Source: Pelomyxa schiedti (lineage: Eukaryota > Protista > Evosea). From it: 64,000 nt of DNA. Where the stretch lies: assembly GCA_020536535.1 (NCBI GenBank), contig JAHLWZ010000821.1:48036-112035 (forward strand), written 5' to 3'. Every line of letters begins with the position of its first letter. Position 1 is the first letter of the stretch. The position numbers and the translations under genes are program-made. Of this stretch, positions 40,120 to 51,979 are shown in pieces. Below the pieces are notes generated by a model. It did no database searches and had not been told where the DNA came from. It saw only the letters and a program-made list of their open reading frames with translations.

Positions 40120-42000
40120 TCCATTTCCGAAAGAACAACCTTAAAGGAGAACAACACTGTGGCTCTGTGTGTATAACTTGCAGTATCTTGCTAAACTTAC
40201 ATTTCTTCAAGTGCATAATAAATAAAGAAACATTCCCAATGATTTTCCACAACAAGTCTAGGTATTGGATAAAATGTCCATTGGTTTGATAATGTGAAAC
40301 AGTATCCTTCGATTCTACAACATAATATCACCAGTACCAAATGCCATGTACCAAAAGTGTCAAAAAACAATCAATTCTCTCGAATTTACTACCATTTACC
40401 ACACCCCAACAACACTCAACACCCTGGCCCAACCAAACCAACCCCCCCATTATGGTGTCTATTATTAGTGGCCAGTGGGGCAACACCAACCACACAATCA
40501 ATCCTACCACTTGAGGGCAAATTCTCTTTGCTTGTTGAGGTTGGTCCAATTGCGGTTCTTTTGATGCCATGATGATGAGTGTGGGGGTGGCAACACCCCC
40601 ACTTCTTCACTCTCACAAGAGAACCCAATTCCCTCTCAACAACAAACAGTCCCCTTTGGTGTGGGTTCTTCTTCTTTGCTGTGGTTCGGCTGGCTTGCCT
40701 TGGCTTCTTGCCTCTACATAATAGTGCAGTAACACCGCTAGGCAGAACCAAGTTGGTTTGAAGATTTTTCCTTCTTGCATCAATGCGTTGGTGCGAGAAA
40801 AGTGGGAGTGTAGATGCTGGACAGCCGTTTTTTGTGACAACCGCGTCGATTGTTCACAACCATTACATATCACCCAGGCCGAACCTGCCAATAACCCCGA
40901 AAAAGGGCTCGCAACAACATTTGGACTTCCTCAACTGGCTCATCGTTACTACTTTTTCGAGTCCGCTATATGGATGACAATCTTCAATTTACTCCGGAGG
41001 TTGTATACTTACCCCAAAAACACACTGCCATAAATATTTTGGACTGTACTAAGGTTTGTTTAATTGCAAAGCTTTTTCGTTCATACTTACCAGGCAATCA
41101 TTACTAAATGGCAATGGAAAGTTATAGTGGAGGTATTTAATCACTTTAAAGTTTGATTTATCTAAGGTAATAAGGTTACTGATGGTTCCAATATGGAGTC
41201 ATCGGTTCGACAACTGAACCACCTTTGGGTTCATTGCTATGCTCACCGTTAGAACCTTTGCATGCAAGAAACATTACCACAGCCTTTTCTTGCCAAGGTT
41301 AGAAAAATATTTTTTGTCACCTTTAATATTCAAATAAATTGATGCCCTTGTCAGTAAGATTCGACGCTCACCTAAGCGAAGTGAGATCTTGAAACAATAT
41401 TGCACAGAAGAACCCTACCAACCAAAGCCTGTATGCCTTGAGTTCCTTACTTTTGGAATACTTAATAACTTGTTTAGAATCACAGAATTCGTTGGTTGGG
41501 AACATACTTAATGTTGTCATCTATGTCAAAGTATTTTTGTATACTTTTAAGTCTTCATTGACTCATTTAAGGCTACGAATCCCTATTACTTCCGCCCTTG
41601 CTGATCCTGACAGTGGTTTTACACTAAAGCAGACACAAGACTTGTCCACTTCAGAGTGGAATGATCTTGAGGCGTTAACACTGTTGTTACAGGGTCCTTA
41701 TGAGGTTTTTCTTTTATCAGTTGTTCATTTTTTCACTCTTACAAGGTAGCTTTACATTTACAGTCTGATAAGATGACTTTAGCTTTGGCATATAAGTTTG
41801 TACCTTTTTCTTCTGTTGTGACTTATTCCTCACAGTGCCACTGCAGAGACGAGCCGCCAAAATATATTACATGAAATTGAGCAACAGTTTTCTTTGAGCT
41901 AGTACTGATCTGAATAGAATTACAAAAGTTACCTTATGTCTAGGTCCTCATACAAAAGACCTAGTTTTCCTCTCTGAGGAATTGAAACAGGTTGAAATTT
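40120..42000 (+). mobile_element. Decayed intron-containing hAT-superfamily transposase gene; boundaries approximate
   Basis: Motifs in hAT order: CxxC (BED-like), NIWTS (~40916), HTAINI, VTDGSNM (41175), HCYAHR*NL (41232-41252, in-frame TAG), RIRWLGTYLML (41484), LSTSEWNDLEALTLLLQGPYE|VALHLQSDKMTL, LGPHTKDL.FL. Segments are separated by short GT-AG introns. Confidence 0.82.
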
Positions 42001-42519
42001 GTGCTCCATTGGTTATTTAACACCTTTTTAGAATGGTTAAAAGGCCTTAGCAGGCTTTGTTTGAATCTTAGTTATCCCAGCAACTACTTTTACTGTTGAA
42101 CGACGGCCTGACTTGTGGAATGCTAAGACTACAAGCTTTCAACCTCACATGGCTGATCTACAAGAACTGCTACACCACCACTCCGTCTAGTATTTAAAAG
42201 GGATAAAAAAATAGTTTCCAAGTTGAATGAAAAAAACGAAAGGGCGCACCCGCTATGACTAGACTCTAGACTGAGGACCCAACCTGGCTCAAGAGTCAAG
42301 AGATCTAACATCCGGAATAGCACGATAGCTGTGACGTCAGTTAGCACCAGCAACACGGACAATAACCAGAGTAAATGAAGAATAAAAGATACCCAAAGTT
42401 GTCCCTCTTTATTGCTTAGAAGGCCCCGGATTACTACACATCCTTTCCCCAATCCCCCCAATCATCATCATCAATCAATCATCAATGCACATCGTCGTCA
42501 TTTTACTACCCATTTACCA

Positions 42520-43000
42520 CAACTGCTATGAACCAAGTTGTTCGATGAAATCATAAAACCAACACCCCTGGAGGGGATTGGGATATGGGATATTACGGAG
42601 TGAAATGTAACAAAGAAAAGATATTCATTTATGGGAATTCGTTAGTAACCTCACAAAGCATTGACATGGAGGTAGGGATTCGTGGTTGGATACAAGCAGC
42701 TGTACAAAGCAACAAGGATCCTTGGGTGAACATAGTAATTGGCTTCCTTAACACTTTACTGATCATTCCTGGACAATGAGGTATGGCAATATCATATGAC
42801 TTCTATCAAATATCATTCCAGAGTTCCCAGAAACATTATGATCTAAACTAACAAGTGGAAGAATGAAGAAAGCTAAATTCTAGCCAAGTAGGCACATTCC
42901 CTCTTTGTGGTATTAGATTGACTTCTTCAAATACACACCAGCAGAATCCCAAAGCTTTGCTGGAATAATGCCCTCCCTGCAAGCAAGTTGCCATGCCCAT
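42520..43000 (+). mobile_element. Possible very decayed non-LTR retrotransposon ORF2 C-terminal remnant
   Basis: KPTPLEGIGIWDI resembles the post-RT 'P..xGGLGIxD' motif. GTFPLCG...H...LLE*CP resembles a decayed CCHC knuckle. Many stops. Confidence 0.3.
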
Positions 43001-43694
43001 CAACAGTCTCAGCACAATAAAAACGGCACAAAAGCAATAAATCATCCAGTGGGCAAATTGATGATGTCACAGAGGGTTAAAAAAGATTGGTTGGGAAGGG
43101 AAATGTCACTGACTAATGATTACTGAAGACTAATGGGAAAAAAACAGAGGCTTTGTAAAGACCAAAAAAAAGAGAAAACTAGAGACATAAAAACCTCAAG
43201 ATGGACTCTGGTTTGTTGGGCGCAGCTCTTAGGTTGCTTAAGGAAACGGTATGGCTGTTAGGGATTGCAATGAAAAATAAAAAAAATAAAAAGGTTGAGC
43301 TTCGAGGCCTTAAGTACGACACTGATCTTGTGCCCACTCATATTGATGAACAGCTATATTTTTTTGCCAACCTACTCGTGAGTATTAGTCACACTTGTCA
43401 GTTTCATTCCCATAACAATGCAATAGAACAAGAAACTGAAAGGTCTGAGGGCCGAAGATTTGGAGCTCATCAGGCGTCACGTCTCCAAACCCGCAATGTT
43501 TGATTCTTGAGTCCTGTGTGGGGTATTGGGGCAACAGATTGCCAGATTTGCAGAAAAACAAAACAAACAATTTTTTGTAATTCAAAAAAACTCTAGAACT
43601 CAAGTGTCGTACTAGCGGTAAAATAACCTACAAAACCCACTCGAGATGTCGTCAGATTCCGCCATTGTTTCTTCGCCCTCATCGGTTTCTTCGT

Positions 43695-43793
43695 CAATTG
43701 GCTGAATAAAATAATCAACAGACCGGAACGCCGTCATTTTCGTTATCGTCGCTCAGTCTCGGCGGTCTGGTGTTTTTTTTATTCAGCCAATTG
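43695..43793. repeat. Inverted repeat with 31-bp arms (28/31 match) and 37-nt spacer, upstream of the RPA1-like gene
   Basis: caattggctgaataaaataatcaacagaccg (43695-43725) versus the reverse complement of 43763-43793. Confidence 0.88.
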
Positions 43794-43869
43794 TTTCTCC
43801 CTCACCGTCGTCGCTTGTTGCTTCATCTTCATCTTCATCTTCATCTTCATCTTCAACCGACACATCGCA

Positions 43870-45647
43870 ATGTTCGAGGTGGATACTATTGATCTAGCTG
43901 GCGCGGCGCTGCTTGGAACGGAAGCGAGCCAGGGGTTCTCGGGGCCTATCTATCTTGCTAAGGGCACGCTTACCAACCCCGAGAATAACCGAAGATACGC
44001 CAATGCGGAGGTTTTGATCCCTGTTGGGACTGGTGATAGAACACCGGCAGAAGGGGATGAATTGAGGGTTTTGGACGGATTTCGCAGTCCTATGAGATGG
44101 TACGGACTTCCTTAATTATAACTCAGTTATTTATACAGTATATCACGCGTGATTCCCCTGACCTCAAAAAAGTAAAGGAAAGCCTATGTTGTATACAATC
44201 ACATCCTACGTTACGTCGTTAAGTTGCTCTCTTGGGGTCTCAGCTCAGGCGCTCAAAGAGGAAGTAAATACCAGTGGAAATTCCTTGTTGCCTTGCAAGT
44301 ACCGCCATGATTGCGCGAGTGACGAAAAGCTAGAGTCCATGGGGATTTTACATTGCAAGACCCAGCAAGTCAGTGGTTCACTTGCCAGTTGCACCAGCGA
44401 TTTGGGTGGAGAGAGCCAAGCATTGCACAAGCTCACTGGGGAAAGAAATCACGTTCATTCCAAGCCTCAATTAGATATGCACCCACAACTCCCTTGTAAA
44501 CGTAGATCGCCACTCACCCATGATATCCCACCGCCCAACCCCCAAGTTCCTCCACAATCCTCACACCCCACGACCACCCAATCGGTGGGCTTACCGCCAC
44601 ACAGTGGACACACCCTTCCCCCATCAGCGACTACTTCCTCGATGTTGTCCTCACCTTCCTGTACGGTAGCTGCGCTGAAAGTTGGACAGAGAGATGGGTC
44701 ACTTACTGCACGCGTGATGGCCTATTCGGGCTTTGTTACCTGCAAGGGTTCCCTTCAAGGCTTGCTATTAGATCAACATGTGGGCATCTTCTTTTTCTAC
44801 TGTTTTGTTTTGTTTTGTTTTGTTTTGTTTTGTTTTGTTTTGTTTTGTTTTGTTTTGTTTTGTTTTGTTTTGTTTTGTTTTTGTGATTTCCATTTTCCAC
44901 TACTTAACTCAGCAACTAAAAAAAACCAGGGTTGTGAAATAAGGTTCATTGTGGGCAAGGAGGCCTATGATCTAGCACGGATTCGCACTCTTAAACAGGG
45001 GACCGTGTACCACTTTAGGAACCTCATTGTAGAAAAGCGAAGATACCCCAGACAACGTGACGGGACGGATGTGGAAGTCCACTTTTCACAGGTTGCTAAT
45101 ACCCACTGGGAGGAAGTGGCAAACCCTCCCCCGGACTTTGCTCAAGGCCACCGCAACTGGTCCTTCCTCCAGAATAAAGAAGATTACAATAGTTGGACCC
45201 CAGAAAAACAAGCAGGTTGTTAATGCGGTACTTCTCACTCACTGACATACTACACAGATTTCTTGGGATGTGTACTGACCTGTGAAAAGCTCAAGGGATC
45301 AGAAACGTGTGTGTATGCAACGATGGGGCAGGATGGGGAACTTCACTATGTCACTGTTGTACCCTGGGCTACGTCTATTTCCACGGCAATTTCCTGTGGT
45401 TCGATATTGGCCATTAGGAACATCGCGCTGATGGCAGGCAAGCCACATGCAGCCTTCACTTCCACACTAATCCACCTTTTTAGACGGCGGCACTAAGCTA
45501 AGCGTTTCACCCACGGTGTCATTCTTGTATGTCAATCCACCTGTGCCCCAAGTAGACACCCTTAAAGCCCTGATTGTTGCAAAGGCTGAGGCATTAGCCC
45601 CCCTCCCTCCCAAGAGATCGCGTACTTCCAGCCATCGACGTAGTTGA
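43870..45647 (+). CDS. Divergent RPA1/RPA70-like ssDNA-binding OB-fold protein (DBD-A and DBD-B, no DBD-C), multi-exon
   Basis: VAALKVGQRDGSLTARVMAYSG...LLDQH|GCEIRFIV...LKQGTVYHFRN (DBD-A-like); DFLGCVL...VTVVPW...ILAIRNI|..GGTKLSVSPTVSFLYVNPPVPQVDTLK (DBD-B-like); stop TGA 45645-45647. Confidence 0.7.
44801..44883. repeat. (TTTTG)16 microsatellite inside an intron of the RPA1-like gene
   Basis: Directly visible. Confidence 0.95.
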
Positions 45648-45761
45648 TGCTGGCACATCTCACCTCCACAAAGACCTCCAACAAAGTTTGCATTGCCAAA
45701 ACAGCCTTCTTGTTCTTTGTTTCGAAAAAGGGAAACCAAAAAACAAACAATTGACAAGAAA

Positions 45762-48146
45762 ATGCAGGGTGACGAGAGCGACGGATCCATTGAAATCACC
45801 CTAGGGGCAGAGGCGGCGCGCCACGCCACGCGGGCCACCAGCCGAGCGACCAGGCTGGCCCGAGACTCCCGCAAGGCCGCCCACTGCTCCCACGCCCTGT
45901 GCCTCGCCACCCGCCACGCCCTCCTGGCCTCCCTGCGCCTCCTCCCCCCGCCTCCCGCTGCCTCCCGCTCCGCCTCGGCTCCTTCGGCCCCAGCGCGGCG
46001 GGCTCATCGCGACCACGACCAGCAACATCAGCAGCAACCGGACCCTATGCCGACGGCGCCGGCTGCGACTAGCAGTGCCACTTGCACCACGACCAGTACC
46101 ACTGCGACTGCAGCCAGTGGCTCGGACATGGAGACGGGTTATGGAGGTGGCCTAAGCACGAGCGGCACCGGCACGAGTGTGCAGTATGGGAGCGGTGCCG
46201 CGGTGGAGGAAGAGGAGGCGCTTGCTGTGTTGGTGTCTCTGGTGCCTAGGGATCTGCTATCTGTTGTGGAGAGGGCGTGCGAGGAGATCGACGGCGGGGC
46301 TGACAATGCAAACGGAAACGAACCAAAACGGGGAAAAGCTCACAAAGGAAAAAAAGGAGCAAGTGGAATAGAACGAGCCGCTGGAAAAGTGTTGAAGTGG
46401 GTGCAGAAGAACCTGAGTGATGTGTTTGTTGCACTGTGGGGAAGGGCGTGTGATAGCGAGCAGCTGGATTTGAGGGATGGGTGTCAGCCTTGGGTGCTGG
46501 AGTATGCTACACTTGCGTTTGTGATGGTGTGCAAGGCCCTTGGGCTAAGAAGTAGGTACATTGCTGCCATTGCGCCGGCTCCTCTGGCTGGCCCGGGGGA
46601 AGAAAAATCAACGCGGAAGAGGAGGGGCAAAGGCAATTCGGAGGAACGCAACTCATCAGTTCCGGAAGGGGAGACGAAGCGACGGAGGACAACAAGAACA
46701 GCGAAGCAGGCCCCAGTGGCAACAACTGCGGCTGCCCCTCCTTTGGTGAAGGAGGAAACTGAGATGGAAAGTAAATCACCCTGCAAAGAGGGATCTTGGG
46801 CGGAAGTGCAATGTGGCACCCATCCAAAGTCCTGGACAAAATTCTCTATCAGGAATGGGATGAAATGTGAAGAGGAAGAAGGTTCCATGCTATTTGCATA
46901 TGTTGTGGCAATTACACCAGGCGAAAATTATTGGCTAAAGGATGTGACAAGACGGTACACGACACAATCTACATATAGAGGTATCCCTCTTCGACTCAAG
47001 GGCAAAGGATGGGCTTGGTGGCTTTCCTCTCTTACGAAACTTTCTTCATCCACGGGGAGCCAAGCAATCCAATGTCAAGAAAACATAGATGAGGATCTCT
47101 GGATGATGGAAGGCATGAATTGTGAGGATGCGATAAGCATGCACCCATTTTATTGTGCCAAACCATTTCTAAACAGGTTTGAAGCCATACCACCATCCAC
47201 ACAACCTATCGCTATAGCCAATTTTAAAATGCCAGGCAAAAAACTGTCACCATCAAGTATTCAGGATGAGGACTCTGAAGAAGAAAGTGAAGTGGATCAT
47301 AAATCATCCTCTGTGTCCACTACACTTTCCCCTGTGGAGATTTTTTGGCGGTCCCAAGTACAACCAGTGCACACCAAAGACAAATGGCTTTGTGAAGGAA
47401 GAATCATATCCTCCGGAGAAACTCCACTGAGAATACTCAAAAAACGATGTAAACCCACACCAAAAGGTGGGAAGAAAAATCTCAGAAGTGCAGCAACTGA
47501 AATTCATCAGGAAAGTACAAGTGAGGTCTTTGGACTTTGGCAAACTGAACCATTTGTACCTCCTGTTGTGATTGATGGTATAATACCCCGAAACGAATGG
47601 GGAAATGTATGGCTGTTCAAAGAAGAGATGATACCCGTTGGGGCCGTTCACCTTCCAGGAGTATCGCACACACTGGCCAAGAAACTTGGTATAGATGCCG
47701 CTCCAGCAATGGTAGAATGGGAATATGGAATGGCTGGATCCAGACCAAGAATTGATGGCTGCGTTGTAGCTGTCGAGTATGCAGAGATACTATCTTCTGC
47801 GATGGATGAAACTGAATCCCGGAAGGCTCAGGTAAATCGATTTCCTGCACTCGATTCACTTATACTAATCACCTCCCAGGAGGTTGTAGACCAAAAGCAG
47901 AACCGCGGCGTATTGCATTGGAGGATACTCACCCGGAAGTTGATTTTACGGCAAAGAATCCAGCAAGACCGAGAACAAGGATTTACTGGAGTGTGGAATT
48001 CCAAAACCAACACAACCGGCAACAATGCTCCCAACAACATTACCGCCGGTACACCCACAACACCACACAAGCATTCATTCACAGAGCAAGTACCCAATGG
48101 AATGAGGTGCTCTTGTGGAATCGTAGTAGCTGGAGAAACAATTTAG
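45762..48146 (+). CDS. XPC: XPC/Rad4 nucleotide-excision-repair damage sensor (probable intron 47832-47879)
   Basis: Transglutaminase-like WAEV, AYVVA, LKDVTRRY. BHD1-3: HPFY...RFEAI, TKDKWLCEGR, VFGLWQTE, IPRNEWGNV, AKKLGIDAAPAMV, PRIDGCVV. Confidence 0.92.
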   Translation: MQGDESDGSIEITLGAEAARHATRATSRATRLARDSRKAAHCSHALCLATRHALLASLRLLPPPPAASRSASAPSAPARRAHRDHDQQHQQQPDPMPTAPAATSSATCTTTSTTATAASGSDMETGYGGGLSTSGTGTSVQYGSGAAVEEEEALAVLVSLVPRDLLSVVERACEEIDGGADNANGNEPKRGKAHKGKKGASGIERAAGKVLKWVQKNLSDVFVALWGRACDSEQLDLRDGCQPWVLEYATLAFVMVCKALGLRSRYIAAIAPAPLAGPGEEKSTRKRRGKGNSEERNSSVPEGETKRRRTTRTAKQAPVATTAAAPPLVKEETEMESKSPCKEGSWAEVQCGTHPKSWTKFSIRNGMKCEEEEGSMLFAYVVAITPGENYWLKDVTRRYTTQSTYRGIPLRLKGKGWAWWLSSLTKLSSSTGSQAIQCQENIDEDLWMMEGMNCEDAISMHPFYCAKPFLNRFEAIPPSTQPIAIANFKMPGKKLSPSSIQDEDSEEESEVDHKSSSVSTTLSPVEIFWRSQVQPVHTKDKWLCEGRIISSGETPLRILKKRCKPTPKGGKKNLRSAATEIHQESTSEVFGLWQTEPFVPPVVIDGIIPRNEWGNVWLFKEEMIPVGAVHLPGVSHTLAKKLGIDAAPAMVEWEYGMAGSRPRIDGCVVAVEYAEILSSAMDETESRKAQVNRFPALDSLILITSQEVVDQKQNRGVLHWRILTRKLILRQRIQQDREQGFTGVWNSKTNTTGNNAPNNITAGTPTTPHKHSFTEQVPNGMRCSCGIVVAGETI

Positions 48147-49006
48147 TCCATTCCGTGAACTTGCTTTTTTTTTTAATCAAGATTATTATTGGGACTCTCC
48201 AAAAAATTCGGAAAAATCACTTTCCAAGTGATTAGCTCTCTCTGGTCGCCTTGGTTTGAGCCTGTATTGGGAGAGACGGTGTAACATTTGTTGTAGACGA
48301 AGGCGTGAGCAGCCCGCCTGGATCCACCATGGTGGAGAGGAGAAAAACCTCCCACACAGGGAAAACTTGTTGTATACACACCCGCCAAAAAGTGTATACA
48401 AATTTTGGGTCCGTTTTGCGGAAAAAAGAAGAAGGAAAAAAATTACCAGATGGAAAAAAACTTGTGTGGTTGGTTCTATCCTGTGGCTATAGGTCTAAGT
48501 AAGTTCTATTGACTGGGTGGATTTCTCGTAATCTGTTGGGAGCCTGAGGAGCTATTCGGGGGACACCTAGAACGGACTCTCGTGCCCTTCTAAAGCTGGC
48601 ATAACACCATTGTAGTTGTCTGAGCGAAAAGCAAAGTAATAAAGAATAAACTCTGGGGTTTGTGGTTGGGCTTCTTACACACAAGTAAAACAAACAACCA
48701 CCTTACACCCCAGCACCACAAACGTAGCCACCGATGTTGAAGCAGTGCCGCCAAGTCGCCGCGCACAATTACCTCAACTGGTACCATCGCCGACAAGGCT
48801 GCGGCCAGTGTGTTGCCGATTTCACCCCCCACCACCTTTGCCGTGGTTGCCACAACAATCCCTGGCAACTACCTTCACTGGCACACGTGTCTTTCGCTAG
48901 AGCCGGTTGTATACAAATTTTTTTCCGTTGTATACAAATTTTTTCTAAGTCGATTTTTGTATACAAAATCCGCCGTGGGGAGTCCCAAATTTACTTTTTA
49001 TTTATT

Positions 49007-50353
49007 ATGCAGCCGTCCACGTTGCACAAGAAGGTACCTAATCAACGTGGGAAGGTGGTCTCAGTGGCACCCACGTCGCAGTCACAAACCGCGTTCACCG
49101 TGTCCGAGACTACGGTGTCACGATCCGCGCTACTGCGAGTTACAACACAGGTTACTACCACGACTACCACGACGACCGAGACCGTGAGGGCTACGGCGAG
49201 GGACCAAGTTGTCGCGCTGGCGCTCGGGGCGCACCCCCGGTGCGGGGCCAGGGGCCCGCTGCTGTCGATTATGGGATGCCCCCTGCTGGTAGTGAGGCTG
49301 CTGTGGTCGTGGCTGATGGACAATTCCAAGTTCTATTGTGTTGTGCTGGCCAATCTAGTAACCGACGGCCAGCAGAATGTGGTGATGACGTTTGGGGTCT
49401 CGTCGGCGCTTCTGACGCTGACGCATGACCTGAGGTGGTGGGTGGAGCGGCCCGGAGATTTGCTTATGGGAGCCAATCGGGACTACTTGGTGGTGAAGAG
49501 GGCGTCACTTGTGCAACTGCAGGACAGGGCAACTGGCCAGAGGATTCCGCTGCTTCATTGCGCAGCGGGGAGCACCCAAGCTGCGAATTGGAAGTGGCTT
49601 GTGGTGTTGAACAAGTACCAGCACGAGGTGGTTGTTGTTGAAATCCCAAAGAAGAGCTCAACAACGGCAACTATCATCAAGGAGCCAACCACTTTTAAAA
49701 TTGACACAACGTGGGTGTGTTTTGACCCTGAAGTCGTGGGCACCAATGGAGACCTCCTGTTGATTCGCTGGGGTAATTACGCCCTCTCTGTGTTTGGAAT
49801 TTTGCTGGTGGACCTTGTGCAGACTTGTGCATCCACCAAATTGGCTGTTCTAAGCTCGGTGGCACAAAGATGGACTGACCTGCCTCCAGGATTTTCACTG
49901 ATTGGTATGTCCGGTTTCACTTGCCATGCATTTACCAATGAGCGTGGTTCCCATTCGTTTATCTGGAAACCACCCCGCTGTGGTTACTACGAATCTTCTG
50001 GTGACGTCATCACGATTGATGGGTTAACTGGCAAGTGGCAACCAACACTTCCCGGCCGCCCACTAGTTTCTCTGCTTGTATCCCACAGTCAGTCACGTTT
50101 CTGCACGTTTTGCTCTGGTAAGGCTTATGAAGAGTGGGATGTGAATGACACAACCAAATCTGTGAGGACTCAGAAATGCATGAGTGTCTGTGTTGATGCT
50201 TTTTTTGAAGGTGGGCTTCTATTTCAGATTGGCAAATCCAGACAAGAGATCCACGTGAGTGAGGAGTCCTCTGGCGCCACCATCGTCACTTTCAACTTGT
50301 TCAGACCTCTTCTTCAAGTCACACACCATTTCTGTTTCCCTCTGTCTGAATAA
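49007..50353 (+). CDS. Intronless lineage-expanded hypothetical protein
   Basis: ~448-aa open frame from ATG 49007 with TARDQVVALALGAHPRCG, FGVS, ANWKWLV, FFEGGLLF motifs. Confidence 0.8.
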   Translation: MQPSTLHKKVPNQRGKVVSVAPTSQSQTAFTVSETTVSRSALLRVTTQVTTTTTTTTETVRATARDQVVALALGAHPRCGARGPLLSIMGCPLLVVRLLWSWLMDNSKFYCVVLANLVTDGQQNVVMTFGVSSALLTLTHDLRWWVERPGDLLMGANRDYLVVKRASLVQLQDRATGQRIPLLHCAAGSTQAANWKWLVVLNKYQHEVVVVEIPKKSSTTATIIKEPTTFKIDTTWVCFDPEVVGTNGDLLLIRWGNYALSVFGILLVDLVQTCASTKLAVLSSVAQRWTDLPPGFSLIGMSGFTCHAFTNERGSHSFIWKPPRCGYYESSGDVITIDGLTGKWQPTLPGRPLVSLLVSHSQSRFCTFCSGKAYEEWDVNDTTKSVRTQKCMSVCVDAFFEGGLLFQIGKSRQEIHVSEESSGATIVTFNLFRPLLQVTHHFCFPLSE

Positions 50354-50470
50354 TTCTCTCTTGGACACCAGGTTCAGACAGAGGGAAACTGAGATCTTTC
50401 CATCAGTTTCGATACAAGGAAACTGGTTCGAGACAAAACTGTAACCGACATTCTGTGCCAGTGTTTTTTG

Positions 50471-51773
50471 ATGTCGACGTCAGCCACTCCGCGGGACGTT
50501 GTTTCATTCCTACTCGTTGCGGTACTAGTAGTGGTATTTGTAGCCGCGACGGTTGGGAAACCAAGCGTCGAGGGTGGCGGTTATGTTGGCGGTACCGGCG
50601 ATGGTGGCGACGATGGCGGCGACGGCGGCGGGTGCGAATCGACGTGGGACGTTGGGATGGACAGGGCTGGGCATGACTACTCCAACTTCGCACTGTCAGG
50701 CGAGGACCCTGCGTTGTGCATGGACGAGTGCTGCAGCCAGGCTGACCTGTGCCAGTCTTGGGTTTATTGCCAGCCTGGTGTGTTGTGTTTGTATTATTGC
50801 GTTCTTGTTGTTGTTGTTGTTGTTATGTGTGTTTGTGCGGGCGTATAATAAGTAAGATATACTGGGTTGTTAATACAATAACCCAGGAAATGATATGTGT
50901 AACGAAATATGCATATGTGTAGATTGAACACTCCTCACATATGTAGGAATTACAAACCCGGTTCTGCCTTGGTGCTGGCTGAAGGATGGTGTTCCGACTA
51001 GCTCACCATTGACTGGAGTGACCTCTGGCGTGTTGGTTCCAGATTACTCAGTGCCACCGCTTCTCCCATCGTCGTTCTCTCTTAAAATGCGAGGTTTGTG
51101 GATGCCGATTCCAAAGGGGAGTTTCTTGAGACTAATATCTGTCCCAGTTCAACAGAATCCTGTGCCAGGTCAAGCAAGCGCGATGTCCGGTGATATGAGC
51201 TTGGACTATGACTATTCATCTGGTTAACTGCCGCTTATTCTTTGGCGAGTAATAACAGTGCAAAAGGGCAAGTTTGCTGGCACTATGAAGATGATGTTAG
51301 TGGATCTCTGACTGCAATAGCTCTTGACTACGCATCTCTGAAACAGTATACTCTTCAGGAAGAAATTCTGGCCAATGGCACTGTGACTGTTTTCTGCAAC
51401 ACTTCCGCAATCTCTGGGGTCCTTTTTGGGCCCACTTACTTGCGGGATCATCTTTCCTTCTCTGGTGTGTTGGTGACTTCATTCAAAACGAAACTAAAAC
51501 TGTATTGTTAATATCATGATATTAATTTAAATTAATCCGTTTTTAAATAACATAATATGTTATTAATAAGTATTTAAATTACATTAAATCCGAACGCAAA
51601 TAAAAGCACCATCATGGGTTCTGACACAGGAAGCCACGGAATTCACCAGTGCTGACCTGGGATTACCCATGAATGGAGGACAACCAGTTACAATGTATTT
51701 CTCCAACACAGCACCACAGCAACCACTGCGAGCCTTCTCAGGCAGCCTCATGTACGAAATGGTGTCATACTTG
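50471..51773 (+). CDS. Secreted protein with a PAN/apple (PAN_4-like) domain, multi-exon; 3' end uncertain
   Basis: Hydrophobic N-terminus, then GMDRAGHDYSNF...CMDECC...CQSWVY..PG|...CWLKDGVP...GVTSG. Confidence 0.72.
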
Positions 51774-51979
51774 ACAACCACAGCACCAACCCTCAACTAT
51801 TGCAGTGACACAATCCTCATTTGTAATGCATAGGACGTGGTGCAACACCGAAAATCAAGGAACCTACAATTCTTTCGATACATTCTTCATTTACAGGAAA
51901 TACATCAGCAGGAAATTTCCCCTCCTTTTTTCTTTTTCGTTTCTTCACAAAAAGCGCTGGCCAATAAACGCAACGAGAC

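Noticed and set aside
39690-42280. Terminal inverted repeats and 8-bp TSD for the hAT remnant
   Set aside because: No convincing pair was found, so the element ends remain undefined.
3969-48146. Apparent genome-maintenance cluster (SETX, DDX11, RPA1-like, XPC)
   Set aside because: The genes are spread over 44 kb among unrelated genes; only the RPA1-like/XPC adjacency is close enough to report.
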